Source: Pseudomonas aeruginosa PAO1
GTDB lineage: Bacteria > Pseudomonadota > Gammaproteobacteria > Pseudomonadales > Pseudomonadaceae
Length of the DNA: 64,000 nucleotides
NCBI RefSeq assembly: GCF_000006765.1
Contig: NC_002516.2
Direction: 5' to 3' (one strand)
Position numbers and translations under genes: made by a program. Of this stretch, positions 61,759 to 64,000 are shown in pieces. How positions within the stretch are numbered: position 1 is the stretch's first letter; every line of letters starts with the position of its first letter. The notes beneath the pieces were generated by a model. The model saw only the letters and a list, made by a program, of their open reading frames with translations, ran no database searches and was not told where the DNA came from.

Positions 61759-63168
61759 ATGCCGCGCACGCCCTCTCCCGAAGACGCCGACCTGCACAAG
61801 AAGGCCCGCAGGGCCGGTATCGCCTCCTTCATCGGCACCACCATCGAGTGGTACGACTTCTACATCTACGGCCTGGCCGCCGCCCTGGTGTTCGGCAAGG
61901 TATTCTTCCCCGCCGACATGGATCCGGGCCTGGCCACCCTGCTGTCCTTCGTCACCCTCTGGTCGGGCTTCATCGCTCGCCCGCTGGGCGGGATCATCTT
62001 CGGCCATCTCGGCGACCGCATCGGCCGCAAGACCACCCTGGTGATCACCCTGATAATGATGGGCATCGCCACGACCTGCATCGGCCTGTTGCCGGTCTAT
62101 ACGCAGATCGGCATCTGGGCACCGATCTCCCTGGTGGCGCTGCGTATCGTCCAGGGCATCGCGGTCGGCGGCGAGTGGGGCGGCGCGATCCTGATCGCCA
62201 GCGAAAGCGCGCCCAAGGGCAAAGGCATCCTGTACGCCGCCTTCGCCCAGCAGGGCTCGCCCACCGGCAACCTGCTGGCGACCCTGGCGTTCTTCGCCCT
62301 CAGCGCCCTGCCCGCCTCGGACTTCATTCTCTGGGGCTGGCGCGCGCCGTTCCTGCTCTCTGCGGTGCTGGTCATCGTCGGCATGGTGATCCGCCTGAAG
62401 CTGGAGGAGTCGGAAGACATGAAGCGCGTGCTGGCGCAGAAGCGCACGGTGAAGCTGCCGCTCGCCGAGGTGCTGGGCAAGCACTGGAAGATCGTCCTGC
62501 TCGGCGCCGGCGTGCTGCCGATCATCCACGTCACCTACTTCAAGAGCACCTTCGCCCTCTCCTGGGCGACCAAGACCCTCGGCTACAGCCAGGGCACCTT
62601 CCTCAGCATCATCGTGGTCGCGCTGGTGGTGCAGTTCCTCAGCCAGCCACTGGGGGCGCTGCTCACTTCGCGCATCGACATGCGCAAGGCGGCATGCCTG
62701 ATGGTGCTGCCGGAGTTCATCCTGATGCCGGCGATGTTCTTCGCCGTAGAAACCAAGGTCTACTGGATCGCCGCGGTCGGCATGTGCCTGGCCACGGTGC
62801 CGCACGCGATGTTCTACGGCGCGGTGGGCGGTATCCTCGCCCGAGCCTTCCCGGCGCGGGTGCGCTACACCGGCCTGTCGCTGGCCTACCAGCTCTGCTC
62901 GCTGCTGGTCGGCGGCGGTACACCGGTACTGGCCCAGTGGATTCTCAACAGTACCGGCAGCATCGTCGGCGTGGCCCTGGCCTCAGCCTGCTACGCGCTG
63001 GTCTCGCTGGCCTGTACCCTGGCCCTGTTGCGGATCACCGGGTTCCACGCCAGCGACCTGTCGACCGCCGAGCGCGCCGACGCCGAGGACTTGCAGCGGC
63101 CCGTAGCGGTCGAGCGGGAACCGGTGTTGCGCGCCCCCGCCCGGCTTCTGGGCGGCGATCCCGGCTAG
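61759..63168 (+). CDS. MFS metabolite:H+ symporter (MHS-like, 469 aa)
   Basis: IEWYDFYIYG, GHLGDRIGRK, GGEWGGA motifs; start at ATG 61759. Confidence 0.93.
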   Translation: MPRTPSPEDADLHKKARRAGIASFIGTTIEWYDFYIYGLAAALVFGKVFFPADMDPGLATLLSFVTLWSGFIARPLGGIIFGHLGDRIGRKTTLVITLIMMGIATTCIGLLPVYTQIGIWAPISLVALRIVQGIAVGGEWGGAILIASESAPKGKGILYAAFAQQGSPTGNLLATLAFFALSALPASDFILWGWRAPFLLSAVLVIVGMVIRLKLEESEDMKRVLAQKRTVKLPLAEVLGKHWKIVLLGAGVLPIIHVTYFKSTFALSWATKTLGYSQGTFLSIIVVALVVQFLSQPLGALLTSRIDMRKAACLMVLPEFILMPAMFFAVETKVYWIAAVGMCLATVPHAMFYGAVGGILARAFPARVRYTGLSLAYQLCSLLVGGGTPVLAQWILNSTGSIVGVALASACYALVSLACTLALLRITGFHASDLSTAERADAEDLQRPVAVEREPVLRAPARLLGGDPG

Positions 63169-64000
63169 CCGGCAGCGCCCATGCGCCGCTCGTGCTCCAG
63201 CAACCAGCGCTTGCGCCACAGGCCACCGCCATAGCCGGTCAGGGAACCGTCCGAACCGATGACGCGGTGGCAGGGAATCACGATGGCGATCTGGTTGGCT
63301 CCGTTGGCGCGGGCCACGGCGCGCACCGACGACGGCGAGCCGATGGACCTGGCCAGCCCGGCGTAGCTCTGCGTGCTGCCGCACGGTACCTCGCGCAGCG
63401 CCTGCCAGACCGTGCGGGTGAAGGCCGAGGCGTTCAGCGCCAAGGGGGTCTGGAAGCGCACTGGAGTACCGCCGAAGTAGTCGGCGAGTTCCGCCTCGAT
63501 CCTGTCGATGGAGGCGAAACGGCCGAAACCGATGCTCGATCCGCTGCTCTTCTGCAGGCGTTTCAGCTCCCCGCTCAACGCCGGGCGGTCGAAGAATTCC
63601 AGCAGGTGCAGGGCCTGCGCATCGGCCACCGCGAGCATGGCGCCGAGCGGGGTCTGCAGCCAGTCCGCCTTGAGCAGCTCGCGCCCGCGCAACTGCGACG
63701 GCGGCTCGCCCAGCAGGCGCGCGAAGGCGCTACGGAAGCCGCTGTCGGAGTCGAAGCTGGCATCCAGTTGCGCGTCGATCACCCGCGCGCCCGAGGACAG
63801 CCGCTCGGCGACCTGGCCAAGACGGCGCAGGCGAGCCATTTCCAGAAAGGTCACGCCGAACTCGCGCTTGAAGGCACGGCGCACGGTGGACGGGTCATAG
63901 CCCAGCGCCGCCAGGTCGTCTTCGAACCAGCGCCGCTGCGGTTGCCGACCGAGGCGCTGGAGCAGGTCGCTGACCAGCGGCCCCTGCGTGCCGAGCCGTT
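63165..64000 (-). CDS. Ada-like bifunctional regulator / O6-methylguanine-DNA methyltransferase, 3' part (5' end outside window)
   Basis: Frame open to the window edge; AraC-type HTH region followed by active-site IPCHRV. Confidence 0.9.
   Translation of the reverse strand, partial: RLGTQGPLVSDLLQRLGRQPQRRWFEDDLAALGYDPSTVRRAFKREFGVTFLEMARLRRLGQVAERLSSGARVIDAQLDASFDSDSGFRSAFARLLGEPPSQLRGRELLKADWLQTPLGAMLAVADAQALHLLEFFDRPALSGELKRLQKSSGSSIGFGRFASIDRIEAELADYFGGTPVRFQTPLALNASAFTRTVWQALREVPCGSTQSYAGLARSIGSPSSVRAVARANGANQIAIVIPCHRVIGSDGSLTGYGGGLWRKRWLLEHERRMGAAG

Overview
High-GC Pseudomonas aeruginosa core-genome segment. Gene order and protein lengths match what I recall of the PAO1 PA3543-PA3596 region; locus tags are from memory and were not checked against a database. 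In order: 3' part of the alginate operon (algK partial, algE-G-X-L-I-J-F-A); the lipid A L-Ara4N operon (arnBCADTEF-ugd); the fructose PTS locus (fruA, fruK, fruI, fruR); a TatD DNase; an orphan barstar-family gene; a LysR/monooxygenase/oxidoreductase trio; an acyl-CoA synthetase with mmsBA/mmsR; a 58-aa ORF; a Bcr/CflA MFS; nalD; copZ; cytochrome b561; a secreted protein; an ~830-bp array of composite REP/REPIN-bearing repeats; a PhzF-like gene; a second glycerol kinase; ybaK; glpFKRD-glpM; a hydrolase; metR; an apparently uncharacterised CoA-transferase/beta-oxidation cluster with its own porin, MFS and LysR; and an Ada-like gene cut by the window end. I saw no rRNA, tRNA, CRISPR, transposase or phage genes. 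Best leads: (1) the three-unit structured repeat array at 40.7-41.5 kb with a sister REPIN at 20.7 kb showing a compensatory base change; (2) the orphan barstar overlapping the LysR gene; (3) the orphan catabolic cluster at 52.7-63.2 kb; (4) a CueR-type copZ promoter firing antisense into nalD; (5) several hand-read regulator sites (PhoP/PmrA, Cra, Anr-like, CpxR-like, GlpR, MetR).
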